Shown here: one piece after another, positions 45,441 through 54,683 of the stretch
How the letters are laid out: each line of letters opens with the position of its first letter
Position numbering within the stretch: position 1 is the stretch's first letter
Virus record (IMG/VR): IMGVR_UViG_3300032219_002765
Location: 15,693 to 79,692 of that record
Strand: one strand, 5' to 3'
Length of the DNA stretch: 64,000 nt
Source: a virus
Lineage: Duplodnaviria > Caudoviricetes
The notes under the pieces: model-generated
The model's database searches: none
What the model saw: only the letters and a program-made list of their open reading frames with translations
Told to the model about the DNA's origin: nothing
Program-made: the position numbers and the translations under genes

Positions 45441-45992
45441 ATGATCGCTGAGTACACTTTGTTGTTGAAGAAGGGTGCTCAGAATTTTTTCTTACGTGTA
45501 AAAGCTTGCGATACTACCCACGCGCAAGCACAAGCTTCAGATATTTGTCGAGCTTTAGGGGCTGAAGAATTTCAACTTACATACGGTAATAGACATAAAA
45601 AGAAACTCTCAAAACTATTTGAAGATTTAGCGTTTAATAACTTTACGCATAAATCATGCTGCATATGGGAAGGTTCATTTACAAACAATGTGCCTTGTAT
45701 TTATATATTTGGTAAACGAATTTATGTTCGAGATTTAATTGTTAAATATTTAGATATACCAAAAGATAAACACAATCCAAAACCAAGTTGTAAATGTAAA
45801 AGTTGTATAAACCCATATCATTTTGAGTATCGTTTGTATAAAAATGAGAAGCTGGGTTGCGGAGACACCATGTTGCTCCTAGCGTACCGAGGCCAAGGCA
45901 CAAGCGTTTCGCAAATTGCCAAGGCTCTAAACGTCCACCGATCAACAATTTACCGCAAACTAAAAAATGAACGTTTTTCTTCTAGGTCTTAG
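45441..45992 (+). CDS. Degenerate HNH (His-Me finger) domain fused to a C-terminal HTH
   Basis: CCIWEG...PSCKCKSCINPYHF followed by GTSVSQIAKALNVHRSTIYRKL. Confidence 0.7.
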   Translation: MIAEYTLLLKKGAQNFFLRVKACDTTHAQAQASDICRALGAEEFQLTYGNRHKKKLSKLFEDLAFNNFTHKSCCIWEGSFTNNVPCIYIFGKRIYVRDLIVKYLDIPKDKHNPKPSCKCKSCINPYHFEYRLYKNEKLGCGDTMLLLAYRGQGTSVSQIAKALNVHRSTIYRKLKNERFSSRS

Positions 45993-46611
45993 GGTCACAG
46001 CATCCGCACAAGAGGATGAGGGCGTCTTAAACGTCTTGACTGAATCACTACCTTCAAGTGATAAACGAGTTAAAACTAAAGTTCAGCTTCTTCAGCAAAA
46101 AGATCACTATGTTGGGAAACTATTAGGTGATCTAAAGGAGGAACAGACTGTATTAGCTATAGGTCCTACAAGGCCAACTCCGGACGGAATTCTTCAAATG
46201 CAACCAATTTTGGTTGTAACAAAAGATAATTTTGAAGATCTTCTGGCAGTTAACTTATTTGTAGCTACGGGAGGTCTAGGTCCGAAAGCAGAAGAGGTAG
46301 AGCTTAGCGACACGACTGTAACTAATCGTTCACTTGCATGGCAGACAGAAAACTCCGAAACTGCTTGGTTTAAACTGACAGCGTGGGGCGAACTGTCAAA
46401 ACAACTTTCTGATCTTGCTCCGGGAACACCAACCATTGCTATTGGAAAAGTTTCGACAAGCGAAAAAGACGAAAAATTCTACCTAAACTACAACGTGGAC
46501 AAGATCCTTTACTTGCCCAAATCAAACAAAACTGCACCTAAAAAAGCCGCTGATCCTGAAAAAGGTAAAGTTGCTGCAGCTGCTCTCGGTTCTATTGATT
46601 TCTCTCTCTGA
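45967..46611 (+). CDS. ssb: Single-stranded DNA-binding protein with tandem OB folds
   Basis: Second half NLFVATGGLG...TAWFKLTAWGELS..L..L.PG....AIGKV matches the SSB OB fold; the first half is a similar fold. Confidence 0.7.
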   Translation: MNVFLLGLRVTASAQEDEGVLNVLTESLPSSDKRVKTKVQLLQQKDHYVGKLLGDLKEEQTVLAIGPTRPTPDGILQMQPILVVTKDNFEDLLAVNLFVATGGLGPKAEEVELSDTTVTNRSLAWQTENSETAWFKLTAWGELSKQLSDLAPGTPTIAIGKVSTSEKDEKFYLNYNVDKILYLPKSNKTAPKKAADPEKGKVAAAALGSIDFSL

Positions 46612-46625
46612 TTTAGGTACTAACT

Positions 46626-47447
46626 ATGGTGTTTATTGCTGGCCAATTTTCTGAAGACGAAATTCTCTGTAATGTTCCTCCGCATACTTTGAGAATTGAT
46701 TTACAAGCTCGCCGTTGGAAATCTGATGTAGATTCCGACAGCGCTATCGTTGACCGCAACGATAATGGAATTCCAATTGAGTTTGTGCTCTTAGGTTTTA
46801 GCCCATTTTTTGGCAATCTTGGAATGCGCAATCAAGAGGAGTTTCTTCGCATTGCTTACATTGGAGTCAGCCCTAACCACAGGTTGCTTCCACCGCGATG
46901 TGTAACTACATCGATGATTTCCGGTAAATCTTCGCAGAAAAACTTTATTAGTTATTTCCAAACTTTGTATAACAATCGTATTAACTGTGCATCAGTTATT
47001 ACAGCTACTAAGTTTGTAACTAAAAGTTTTAACGAACGGGATCCCGTAACGGGTGCTGACGGAGCAAAGATTAACTTTAATGCTCTTGAATTTACAGATC
47101 GTCCTGTTTCCTCAGACGAAGAAACTAAACTAATTACTGACATCGATGACTGGATTTTGGGTAAAGGACCGGGGCTCATCTCCTCCGCCCTCAAGTCTCA
47201 TATTCCTGGATCGGATTTGGTTGAGCTACCACTTGGCGAAGACCACACGGAGATTAAAGCGCAATTCGCTTCATCCAGACCACCATCGCAAGAGCGGACC
47301 TTTGCTGCGAGTGCGCCTCCTGCTAAGGCTCTTAAGTCTGCTGTGGTGGATGATGCTAGTGAATCAAGTGATACTCCTACCCCAAAACCTAAAAAAGCTG
47401 TTCAACTCACCGAAGAACAAGCAAAAGCCTTAGGGTTGGATTTCTAA
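46626..47447 (+). CDS. Putative ssDNA-binding/annealing protein
   Basis: Beta-rich core and a disordered tail ending LGLDF; next to the SSB gene (inference). Confidence 0.55.
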   Translation: MVFIAGQFSEDEILCNVPPHTLRIDLQARRWKSDVDSDSAIVDRNDNGIPIEFVLLGFSPFFGNLGMRNQEEFLRIAYIGVSPNHRLLPPRCVTTSMISGKSSQKNFISYFQTLYNNRINCASVITATKFVTKSFNERDPVTGADGAKINFNALEFTDRPVSSDEETKLITDIDDWILGKGPGLISSALKSHIPGSDLVELPLGEDHTEIKAQFASSRPPSQERTFAASAPPAKALKSAVVDDASESSDTPTPKPKKAVQLTEEQAKALGLDF

Positions 47448-47495
47448 GGTAGACTTTTACCACCTCCCATTAAGGGGAGACGGGAAAGGATGAAT

Positions 47496-47523
47496 GAGGC
47501 GACCTCAAAGTCGCCTTTTTTTT
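47496..47523 (+). terminator. Intrinsic terminator
   Basis: GAGGCGAC-CTCAAA-GTCGCCTT followed by a T-run. Confidence 0.8.
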
Positions 47524-47530
47524 GTACATC

Positions 47531-47932
47531 ATGAAAAACAAAACAGCTCGTATAAAACTCGACGGGATTTGGTCCACTCTGTATTTAGAGCCCATATCCC
47601 CACACATCTGGAACTTAGGGATTAGCGTCAACAAATCTAAACGAGCGACAAATGATTGGTATTCTGGAAGAAAAAATAAAAGATCAAGACGTGTTACTTC
47701 ACAACAACCTGTAGGTTCTTTCCAGCATTTGCTTGCAGCTTTTGTTTTACTTAAAAAACTTTTAAAGGAACTTCCAACGGATCATCATGTTTACACACAA
47801 CCAGAATCAACTCGGTCAGCATTACTTTCTCGTTACATACAACGTCTAGGATTTACTCAGTCTCTAGCGGATGGTCAACAATTTTGGGTGTTAACAGCTG
47901 ATCGAAGGAAGGAAGTTCTATTTGATTGCTGA
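47531..47932 (+). CDS. Hypothetical protein
   Basis: Start moved to the ATG at 47531 (TACATC-ATG). Confidence 0.6.
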   Translation: MKNKTARIKLDGIWSTLYLEPISPHIWNLGISVNKSKRATNDWYSGRKNKRSRRVTSQQPVGSFQHLLAAFVLLKKLLKELPTDHHVYTQPESTRSALLSRYIQRLGFTQSLADGQQFWVLTADRRKEVLFDC

Positions 47933-48131
47933 CACACCACTTAACTAAACAAGTAAATAAACGACTGTGCATTTGTTGTTGGCGATAAACAGAATCAAAG
48001 ATACTTAAAAGTTTATCCTTATCAAGCTTTTTAGCCTCAAGCATGACCCGTTGATGAGTAAACCGCTGCTCAGGGGTCTCCCATTCCATGTCGATCACGG
48101 GGTGCGTAATTATTGTGTTAACTATACTCAC
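47853..48131 (-). CDS. nblA: NblA-like phycobilisome degradation protein
   Basis: TPEQRF...KKLDKDKLLSIFDSVYRQQQMHSRLFTCLVKW aligns by eye with the NblA pattern LSLEQxF...MSxxQ..xLYxQ...Y..LLK; alternative start MEW at 48089. Confidence 0.6.
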   Translation of the reverse strand: MSIVNTIITHPVIDMEWETPEQRFTHQRVMLEAKKLDKDKLLSIFDSVYRQQQMHSRLFTCLVKWCVSNQIELPSFDQLLTPKIVDHPLETE

Positions 48132-48193
48132 TAAACGCTGGACGGCTCTAAAAAAAATCGCTAAGCTTTGACGTACCGAGGCCCCTTAAAACT

Positions 48194-48733
48194 TTGTCAG
48201 AATTTTATAGTATTCCAAAAGGTGTAACGCACGCTCTAATTAAACATTCATTTATTTCTGGTTCAGTCCTAGTTCCCCACGATCCTCTTGGTGTTCTTAG
48301 CGATCAATTGCGATCGCACAACTTGACAGTTACCCGTAACGAAAATGAAGAAAATTTAACTAATCCTGTTTGGTGGGTCTCAGAAAAATCAAAAAAATAC
48401 GACTGGGTTATTTCCAGCACAATGGGTTTATCTAACTATACAGAGTACATCCTTGAGTATGGGATGCAAGTAGCTACAGCGGGAATTGCTGTTTTAGATC
48501 GTTTATCTTTTATAGAGCCTGTTGCCCGGAGGCGGAATTTTCTCCTAGCCAATAAGCTTTCCAACATGATCGTTCTGAGCCCACGTCCAAAATTCAGGGC
48601 TTTGGGGTCGACAAAAGATTCCGTGACCAGCTGTTGGTTTCTTTTCCAACGACCAGAAAATTGGTGCGATGGCACTCAGGTGACATTCGGTTTAGATTGG
48701 GACCGCGTTGAGCCTCTTCCTCCGCTCGAATAA
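48194..48733 (+). CDS. DNA amino-methyltransferase-like protein with degenerate catalytic motifs
   Basis: FYxxP, RLSFIEP..RR.F, RPKF and DSVTSCWF are retained; EPxxGxG is replaced by VPHDPLG and TNPPF by SSTM. Confidence 0.7.
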   Translation: MSEFYSIPKGVTHALIKHSFISGSVLVPHDPLGVLSDQLRSHNLTVTRNENEENLTNPVWWVSEKSKKYDWVISSTMGLSNYTEYILEYGMQVATAGIAVLDRLSFIEPVARRRNFLLANKLSNMIVLSPRPKFRALGSTKDSVTSCWFLFQRPENWCDGTQVTFGLDWDRVEPLPPLE

Positions 48734-49092
48734 TGACATCAAGATCACAAAAATTTGAAGTGTTTCAAAAATCAATTTTGGAGCAGCTTATCCAAACAAA
48801 CATCAAGCTCGACAAGGTGTGCGCTTTGTTGGTCTCCAACCAACTATTACAAGAATGTATATCTCCGGAAGGGGAAATTCGCACTGCACAAGACTGCGCG
48901 GAAATTGTAAGCGAAAGTTTCTGCGCAGGTATGTGTCTTAACGAAGAGTTAAGCGATCGGAGTAAGGAATTTGATTACCAAAAATCTGAATTTTTTATTG
49001 ATGATGACAACAACGATGAGCTAGATGATTCAAAAGACGACGATGAAGGCAATGATAGTACTCCTTCTCGATTCCCAGCAATGAAATTTTAA
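48733..49092 (+). CDS. Acidic hypothetical protein
   Basis: D/E-rich C-terminus; coupled. Confidence 0.65.
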   Translation: MTSRSQKFEVFQKSILEQLIQTNIKLDKVCALLVSNQLLQECISPEGEIRTAQDCAEIVSESFCAGMCLNEELSDRSKEFDYQKSEFFIDDDNNDELDDSKDDDEGNDSTPSRFPAMKF

Positions 49093-49130
49093 AAATAAAC
49101 GCTAGTATTTGATTAATTCGACACAATTTA

Positions 49131-49910
49131 GTGTCTCAAACACGATTAACTTTAAACGGACTTAGGCACTACAACTGCGCTGGAGTACCTAAACCCCTAC
49201 CTTCCGTTACAAGTGTTTTATCTGCCACGCAGACGGAAGAAACACGCGCAAAATTAGCGCACTGGAATATCCTGAATCCAGGAGTTGCAGACAAAGCAGC
49301 TGAAAGGGGAAATTGGATTCATAACGCTGCTGAGAACTGGATAAGGGGTTTACAGGTACATCCGCCAAAGGAATATGAACCCTACTGGACGGATATGCCC
49401 GAAAAATTGGAAGAATTACTTGGGAACGGTAAAGTCCTGTGGTCGGAAAAACCCTACAACCAACCACAATGGTCAAACTTTACTGGTGAAGATGGCGTAG
49501 GGCGCATACATTATTACGATGAAAATACTGGGCATGGCTACGCTGGTTGTTGCGACATTATCTATATAGATCAAAACGGCGAAACAATTTTAGGTGACTT
49601 TAAAACATCAGTAGGTCCGTATAGTTATAAATTTCCTAGAGCTAATTCAGGCATAGACGATAAACTTAAAAAAGCTTTAATCTCTGGTGTATTTAAACTT
49701 AAAAAAACTCAACTTCAGCTTGCTGCTTATAAACTCGCCGCCGAAAAATGTTTAGGGATTAAAATTGATAAGACGCAAATAATCGTTTCTACGGCAATAC
49801 CTGAGTTCTCAGTTCAAGTTTTTACTTTTTCCAAAAACGACGTTGAAAAACACGAAGTTCAGTGGCTGGAAGTAGTTAAAAAATTCTATGAGGCTCAGCC
49901 GCAGAATTAA
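49131..49910 (+). CDS. PD-(D/E)xK exonuclease
   Basis: LPSVTSVL, RGNWIH, SE, YAGCCD, GDFKTS and QLAAY motifs. Confidence 0.88.
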   Translation: MSQTRLTLNGLRHYNCAGVPKPLPSVTSVLSATQTEETRAKLAHWNILNPGVADKAAERGNWIHNAAENWIRGLQVHPPKEYEPYWTDMPEKLEELLGNGKVLWSEKPYNQPQWSNFTGEDGVGRIHYYDENTGHGYAGCCDIIYIDQNGETILGDFKTSVGPYSYKFPRANSGIDDKLKKALISGVFKLKKTQLQLAAYKLAAEKCLGIKIDKTQIIVSTAIPEFSVQVFTFSKNDVEKHEVQWLEVVKKFYEAQPQN

Positions 49911-49949
49911 GGATTTCTCCGGTGGCTACGCTGGGGGCGGTGTGCCACA

Positions 49950-52703
49950 ATGTCTGGGCAGGAGCAAGCAATGCAGTTTCATTTCAGTGTCAATCAGGAA
50001 GTACGTAAGTACGTAAGCCCCAAAACAGGCAAAATTCCGACTGGCGGAAATTTTAAAAGTTTTAATGAGAATTGGGAAAAGTTAACTCAAGGTACAGCTG
50101 AAATAGCTGAAATAGTACAGCACGGGTATGGTCTATGTGCGTGGCATCTTGTTAACGGAAAACGAACTAAAAATGAAACAGGTTGTATACAAGCCGGTTT
50201 ATTAATTATTGACATTGATAATCAAGCAGACGGAAAAGATAGCGAGGGGAACAAAATACAGAAACAAGAATTAAATGCAGAACAAGCAAAGCAATTAGAT
50301 ATTTGTAAAAACTATTTAAGCTTTGCTTATTACTCCCCAAGTCATACAGAAGAGTGGCCGAGATTTCGTTTGGTTTTTGGTTTAGAAAAACCCGTTATTG
50401 ATACTGGATTTTATCAGTGGTTTACTCGTCAAATCTCCGCACAAATTCCAGGATCTGATATACGCGCAACACAAGTACCCAATTTATTTTACGGTGCTAA
50501 AAAGGGCACAGATCTTATTTATACTTCTGAAAATTATATACCGGTTGAAAAAATTGATGAAGCTTACCAAATTTATTTAAAATTACCTAGAGAGAATACA
50601 GCTAAAGAGGCGGCATCTGAGGCTCTCTTAGCAGAAGTCTCTCCCACAGGAGTCGATCTAGAACGCTTGGTCAGCGCAGCCGTGCGTCGAATCCTCGACG
50701 GTGAGGAGGTGACGGATAGGTCCTTCGCTATGGCCTCAGCGTTTAACGAAATTATTGGTTGGTGCAACTGGCTAAACGATGCTGGGCTACCCGTCAGGAA
50801 GGCACCCCTTGACATAGCGAACCAAGTGTTCGAGAATATCTACGAGTACGCCCCCGAACTAGACAGCAAATTTGATCGAATCCTCAGCAGCATCTCAGAT
50901 CCAAAGAGCCTCCAACCAGCTTTGTCTCTCGTGTCTGAAGACGGAGACTGTGCCATTTGGAAAAAGATAAAGTTCATTAATAAGGACATTTTTGAAGCAA
51001 ATTGTCCTGACAATGTACGGACAGAAATTGCTAACAACAAACCTAAACCAGTTAATTCAATACTGAGTTTTGACGATCCTACTTCACCATCAACAACAAC
51101 TTCTTTTACAACAACACAAACTGCACCTATGCCTAGCTCTACTCCGTCAACACCGGCACAATTGATTCAAATTCAATCCAAGAACAAACAGTTTTCGGAA
51201 AACGATATCGCAGATGTAATTGTTAATAATTACGGAGATAAATTTTTATTCGATTCAAATTTAGATGAATTTTTTGCTTACGACGAAGATGAAGGAGTTT
51301 GGTATATAAATGATGAACAACATATCAAAAGACGTATTGTAAAAACACTAGATACATTTATTACAGCTGGAGTGTTGCCTCGTTATAACTCCTCCACTGT
51401 CAGCTCAGTTTTTCATATCCTTAAAGCTAAATTGCTTAAGTCCATTAACGGCGGAAGAAGTTCCATATGGCAAGCCGGTCGTGGGTTGATAGCCTTTAAA
51501 AATGGTGTGTTCAACGCAAATACTCAGCAATTTACACCTGGAAATCAAAAAGATTTATATTTTCAAACAAAGCTTTCTTACGTTTACGACTCTACAGCAT
51601 CTTGTACTGAGTTCATAAAATGGCTTAGCTGGGCGGTTGAACCCGACAAGGTGATCATTATCCGAGCTTTCTGCCGGGCAGTCTTGACGGGCTACACAAC
51701 GGGCGAAAAATTCCTTCACTTAATAGGAGCTGGCGGTTCGGGTAAGTCCACGCTGCAGCAGATCCTCATTGCTCTTGCCGGCTTTACGGGCACTCATACA
51801 AGCGACTTAGAAACGATTGAGACGAATCGTTTCGAAGCTCACAGCTTGATCGGTAAAAGACTTTTGCTACTAACGGACGAAGCATCTTTTAGTAAAAGAT
51901 TGGACACTCTTAAGAAATTGACTTCGGCTTCGGATACGTTACGGGCTGAACGCAAATATGGAACTCAAGTTATAAATTTCAAGCCTGAACTTCTGGTTTC
52001 AATTGCTTCAAACGAACACATAAGTTCTTCAGATATAAGTTCTGGTTTGGAGCGCAGAAGGCTCACTATTGTCATGAACAATGTTGTGCCTGCCTCACAA
52101 CGACGTAATCTGATCAGCGTTTACAACGATAGAGTCGAAGGCGAGCTGGCTCCAGAGCTTCCTGGCGTAGCAGCGTGGGCACTCGACATGCCTTTTGAAG
52201 AAATGCGAGAGGTAATGGCCAACCCAGTAAAGTTTTGCCCTCAGCTCAACGCAACCAACCTGGAAGCTCTTGTGTTCAATAACCCAATTTGTGCTTGGTT
52301 AGCAGAATGCACTCTGTATGCGCCCAATTCGCTTACCACGCTGGGTGGTGGTGCTTTTCGACCCAGTATTGACGAACAGGAGAGGGGTTTATTTGTAAAA
52401 AATGCTTACACGGAACTGTATGCTTCGTACGTTAACTTTGCGAAATCAAACGGATACAAAGCCAGCGCAAAGCCTCGTTTTGTTGACCGTCTTAAAGAAA
52501 CGGTAAACAATGTTTTAAAAGTTCCTCATATCGAACCAAAGTTTATCAACGGTAAAGCTGTAGTTCGTGGGTTAAGGTTAAAGCCTTATGATCCTTCGAC
52601 AGATCGTTCCGCTAGTGGTGACATGCGCTTGCCTTCACCTATAGAATACGCCTCGAACCCAACTGTCTGGGAACAGGCGTTCACAACTCACGACAAACCT
52701 TAG
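49950..52703 (+). CDS. Primase-polymerase (AEP) fused to a D5/P4-type SF3 helicase
   Basis: N-terminal IIDID and YSPSH..RFRLVF; C-terminal GAGGSGKST, LLTDE and SIASN; start could be 49971. Confidence 0.9.
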   Translation: MSGQEQAMQFHFSVNQEVRKYVSPKTGKIPTGGNFKSFNENWEKLTQGTAEIAEIVQHGYGLCAWHLVNGKRTKNETGCIQAGLLIIDIDNQADGKDSEGNKIQKQELNAEQAKQLDICKNYLSFAYYSPSHTEEWPRFRLVFGLEKPVIDTGFYQWFTRQISAQIPGSDIRATQVPNLFYGAKKGTDLIYTSENYIPVEKIDEAYQIYLKLPRENTAKEAASEALLAEVSPTGVDLERLVSAAVRRILDGEEVTDRSFAMASAFNEIIGWCNWLNDAGLPVRKAPLDIANQVFENIYEYAPELDSKFDRILSSISDPKSLQPALSLVSEDGDCAIWKKIKFINKDIFEANCPDNVRTEIANNKPKPVNSILSFDDPTSPSTTTSFTTTQTAPMPSSTPSTPAQLIQIQSKNKQFSENDIADVIVNNYGDKFLFDSNLDEFFAYDEDEGVWYINDEQHIKRRIVKTLDTFITAGVLPRYNSSTVSSVFHILKAKLLKSINGGRSSIWQAGRGLIAFKNGVFNANTQQFTPGNQKDLYFQTKLSYVYDSTASCTEFIKWLSWAVEPDKVIIIRAFCRAVLTGYTTGEKFLHLIGAGGSGKSTLQQILIALAGFTGTHTSDLETIETNRFEAHSLIGKRLLLLTDEASFSKRLDTLKKLTSASDTLRAERKYGTQVINFKPELLVSIASNEHISSSDISSGLERRRLTIVMNNVVPASQRRNLISVYNDRVEGELAPELPGVAAWALDMPFEEMREVMANPVKFCPQLNATNLEALVFNNPICAWLAECTLYAPNSLTTLGGGAFRPSIDEQERGLFVKNAYTELYASYVNFAKSNGYKASAKPRFVDRLKETVNNVLKVPHIEPKFINGKAVVRGLRLKPYDPSTDRSASGDMRLPSPIEYASNPTVWEQAFTTHDKP

Positions 52704-52711
52704 GCAATCAA

Positions 52712-53323
52712 ATGAACAACAAAACTCTTTTTTGGGGAATTCTTGGCGTTGGATGCGGCGGTGTAATAGGCACTGCTGTATTCTCCCCCCTAAATATGTC
52801 TACGGCTATTGCGGCTGCTGGGGGCGCCTTGGCTGGAGCCTCCGTAACAATTGAACATCGTCGTAAGAAAGAAACTGAAACTGTCGAAGCTGTCAAAGTG
52901 GCAAAAAGTTTTAATTATTTATACGAATCGAATCGTGGACTTGTAAACCCACAGCAGCTTTCGTTTAATTCAGATATCCCTGTAGACAAAGCAGAAGTTT
53001 TTCTGGGTGCTTTAGCGGAATCTCAAGGTGGACAACGAATTGAAACAGAAACAGGAGTTGTTTACAAATTCCCTCACCCTCAGAATGTCTTGGATCGACT
53101 GGCTGAGAACGCCACCGCGTGGGTAGAAGATCAGAAAAAACCGCTAGAGCAAGAGAATCTTATTTTAAAACAACAGTTGAATGCTTTTCAAGCAGTTATA
53201 AATTCAAACAAAACTACTTATGAACCGACAGTTACTCAAAACCCCATAAACTCTTTTATTCCAAACCCAAGCACATTAAATAAATCTAAAGAAACTATCG
53301 GTGCTTGGTCAAATCTTCTATAG
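52712..53323 (+). CDS. Membrane protein
   Basis: Two N-terminal G/A-rich hydrophobic helices, then a soluble domain and coiled-coil. Confidence 0.7.
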   Translation: MNNKTLFWGILGVGCGGVIGTAVFSPLNMSTAIAAAGGALAGASVTIEHRRKKETETVEAVKVAKSFNYLYESNRGLVNPQQLSFNSDIPVDKAEVFLGALAESQGGQRIETETGVVYKFPHPQNVLDRLAENATAWVEDQKKPLEQENLILKQQLNAFQAVINSNKTTYEPTVTQNPINSFIPNPSTLNKSKETIGAWSNLL

Positions 53324-53350
53324 TAAGAGAACGCAGCGTACGGCGAACTT

Positions 53351-53378
53351 AAGGCCGGGCCTAATCAAGCCCGGCTTT
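53351..53378. terminator. Hairpin between convergent gene blocks (possible bidirectional terminator)
   Basis: AAGGCCGGGC-CTAATCAA-GCCCGGCTTT. Confidence 0.7.
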
Positions 53379-53385
53379 CGCTTGT

Positions 53386-53565
53386 CTAGCCTTGTATAGA
53401 AGACTCTTTACCGCCTGGGTTTACGGCACCGTGCCCAGGAATAATAGCGTTAGTGATGCGCTCAACCAACCCCGGACTGTCCTTCATCACGCGACCTGCA
53501 TAGCGAGATGCAGTGCGGGGCATTACGGAGGGGTCACTCAAAATCTGGGGGCCAGCAAAACGCAT
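53386..53565 (-). CDS. Small hypothetical protein (59 aa)
   Basis: Not in the ORF track; hand translation MRFAGPQILSDPSVMPRTASRYAGRV...IQG*. Confidence 0.6.
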   Translation of the reverse strand: MRFAGPQILSDPSVMPRTASRYAGRVMKDSPGLVERITNAIIPGHGAVNPGGKESSIQG

Positions 53566-53567
53566 CT

Positions 53568-53699
53568 TCAGGTCCTCGGAAAAGCTTCTTGGTAACGTAA
53601 CCGACGTGTAATTTCAGTCGGTGTAATCCCAGTCATTTTATAGGCATCTAAGCCTAAACGCTGACCGGCCATACGAATAGGAAAGTCGGAATCCCTCAT
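53568..53699 (-). CDS. Small hypothetical protein (43 aa)
   Basis: Not in the ORF track; MRDSDFPIRMAGQRLG...FPRT*, ATGA-coupled to the upstream gene. Confidence 0.55.
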   Translation of the reverse strand: MRDSDFPIRMAGQRLGLDAYKMTGITPTEITRRLRYQEAFPRT

Positions 53700-54190
53700 T
53701 TTCCTTTCTGTAGTTTAGCTTTAGATAAAGCTAAAAGATTATTTGCCATGTTATGTGAATTTGAAAGATAATCCATATTAGCTGTACGTGTATTTAAAAA
53801 GTTTTGATTGGCAACAGCAAGAGCTTGACGCATCCGCATACGTTGCTCAGGAGTTTCTTGCTTCATCGACAGCAAATAATCAGCCTGACTCATGTCATCA
53901 GGACTGTCTTTAATCGGGACATTGCGTTGGTTATAACCAGCAACACCAGTTAACTCAGTGCTTTTTTTAATATTTCCTTCTGCGTATTCGACTGGTCCCA
54001 CGGGGGGACGGCTGTAAGAACCTCGATCATGTTCAATCTGCGAAGCAATGCGGCTGGCATTATCCAACTGCATCACACGGCGCACACCTAACTGAGGTTC
54101 GCGGTTGTATCCCCCCAAACCAGGAGGAAACATCAATCCCCCTATTTGTTCGGGAGCTTTACCGTTCCCAGTTCCAGGCACAATTGCCAT
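53696..54190 (-). CDS. Hypothetical protein
   Basis: 164-aa coupled ORF. Confidence 0.65.
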   Translation of the reverse strand: MAIVPGTGNGKAPEQIGGLMFPPGLGGYNREPQLGVRRVMQLDNASRIASQIEHDRGSYSRPPVGPVEYAEGNIKKSTELTGVAGYNQRNVPIKDSPDDMSQADYLLSMKQETPEQRMRMRQALAVANQNFLNTRTANMDYLSNSHNMANNLLALSKAKLQKGK

Positions 54191-54414
54191 TATTGATCGC
54201 TCCGATTAGCGGACTTAGATCTAACCCTTATGTTAGCAGGACTATTATCTAAAGGATTATGGTTTTTGTGATCCACATCTTTTCCGTCACCTTTGTGAAC
54301 TTTGCCTTTTTTTGCTAAATGACGGCGAGCTTGATTTCGAGCAGCGCGACGTTTAATCTGCTCAGGCGAACCGTGATAATCTTCGTATTCTTTTTTGTAA
54401 TCACGATCCGCCAT
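54190..54414 (-). CDS. Small basic HNH protein
   Basis: RDYKKEY...RAARNQARR...GDGKDVDHK.....DNS..N.RV.SKSANRS. Confidence 0.8.
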   Translation of the reverse strand: MADRDYKKEYEDYHGSPEQIKRRAARNQARRHLAKKGKVHKGDGKDVDHKNHNPLDNSPANIRVRSKSANRSDQ

Positions 54415-54428
54415 AAATTTATAAACTT

Positions 54429-54662
54429 TTAACTAATTGTAGGCGAAGGAAATAGCCACGGTTTGCCGTGTCGTGGATCTGCCGATTTAATTCGGTCATA
54501 ATCTCGAACAAACTCCGCAAGATCTTGTTCATACTGTTGAAATAACCCCGTATAACAACAGTTTTCAGGTGTGTAAAACTCATAAAGTTCCTCCATAAAA
54601 TCTATTTTTCTCTGTTCCCAGTTTACGTCCCAGGTGGAAAGGATAGCCTGATGGTCAAACAT
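54429..54662 (-). CDS. Hypothetical protein
   Basis: FMEELYE.Y......YTGLFQ pattern recalled from cyanophages. Confidence 0.6.
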   Translation of the reverse strand: MFDHQAILSTWDVNWEQRKIDFMEELYEFYTPENCCYTGLFQQYEQDLAEFVRDYDRIKSADPRHGKPWLFPSPTIS

Positions 54663-54683
54663 AAACAGAAGTTTGTAAAGAAA

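Noticed and set aside
31345-48317. HIP1 octamer GCGATCGC (seen at about 31345 and 48310)
   Set aside because: The two copies I noticed are close to chance expectation, so they say nothing about the host; I did not count exhaustively.
11660-52703. Inteins or group I introns in terL, polA or the primase-helicase
   Set aside because: Protein lengths and motif spacing look uninterrupted; no splicing motifs or in-gene HEG insertions were seen.
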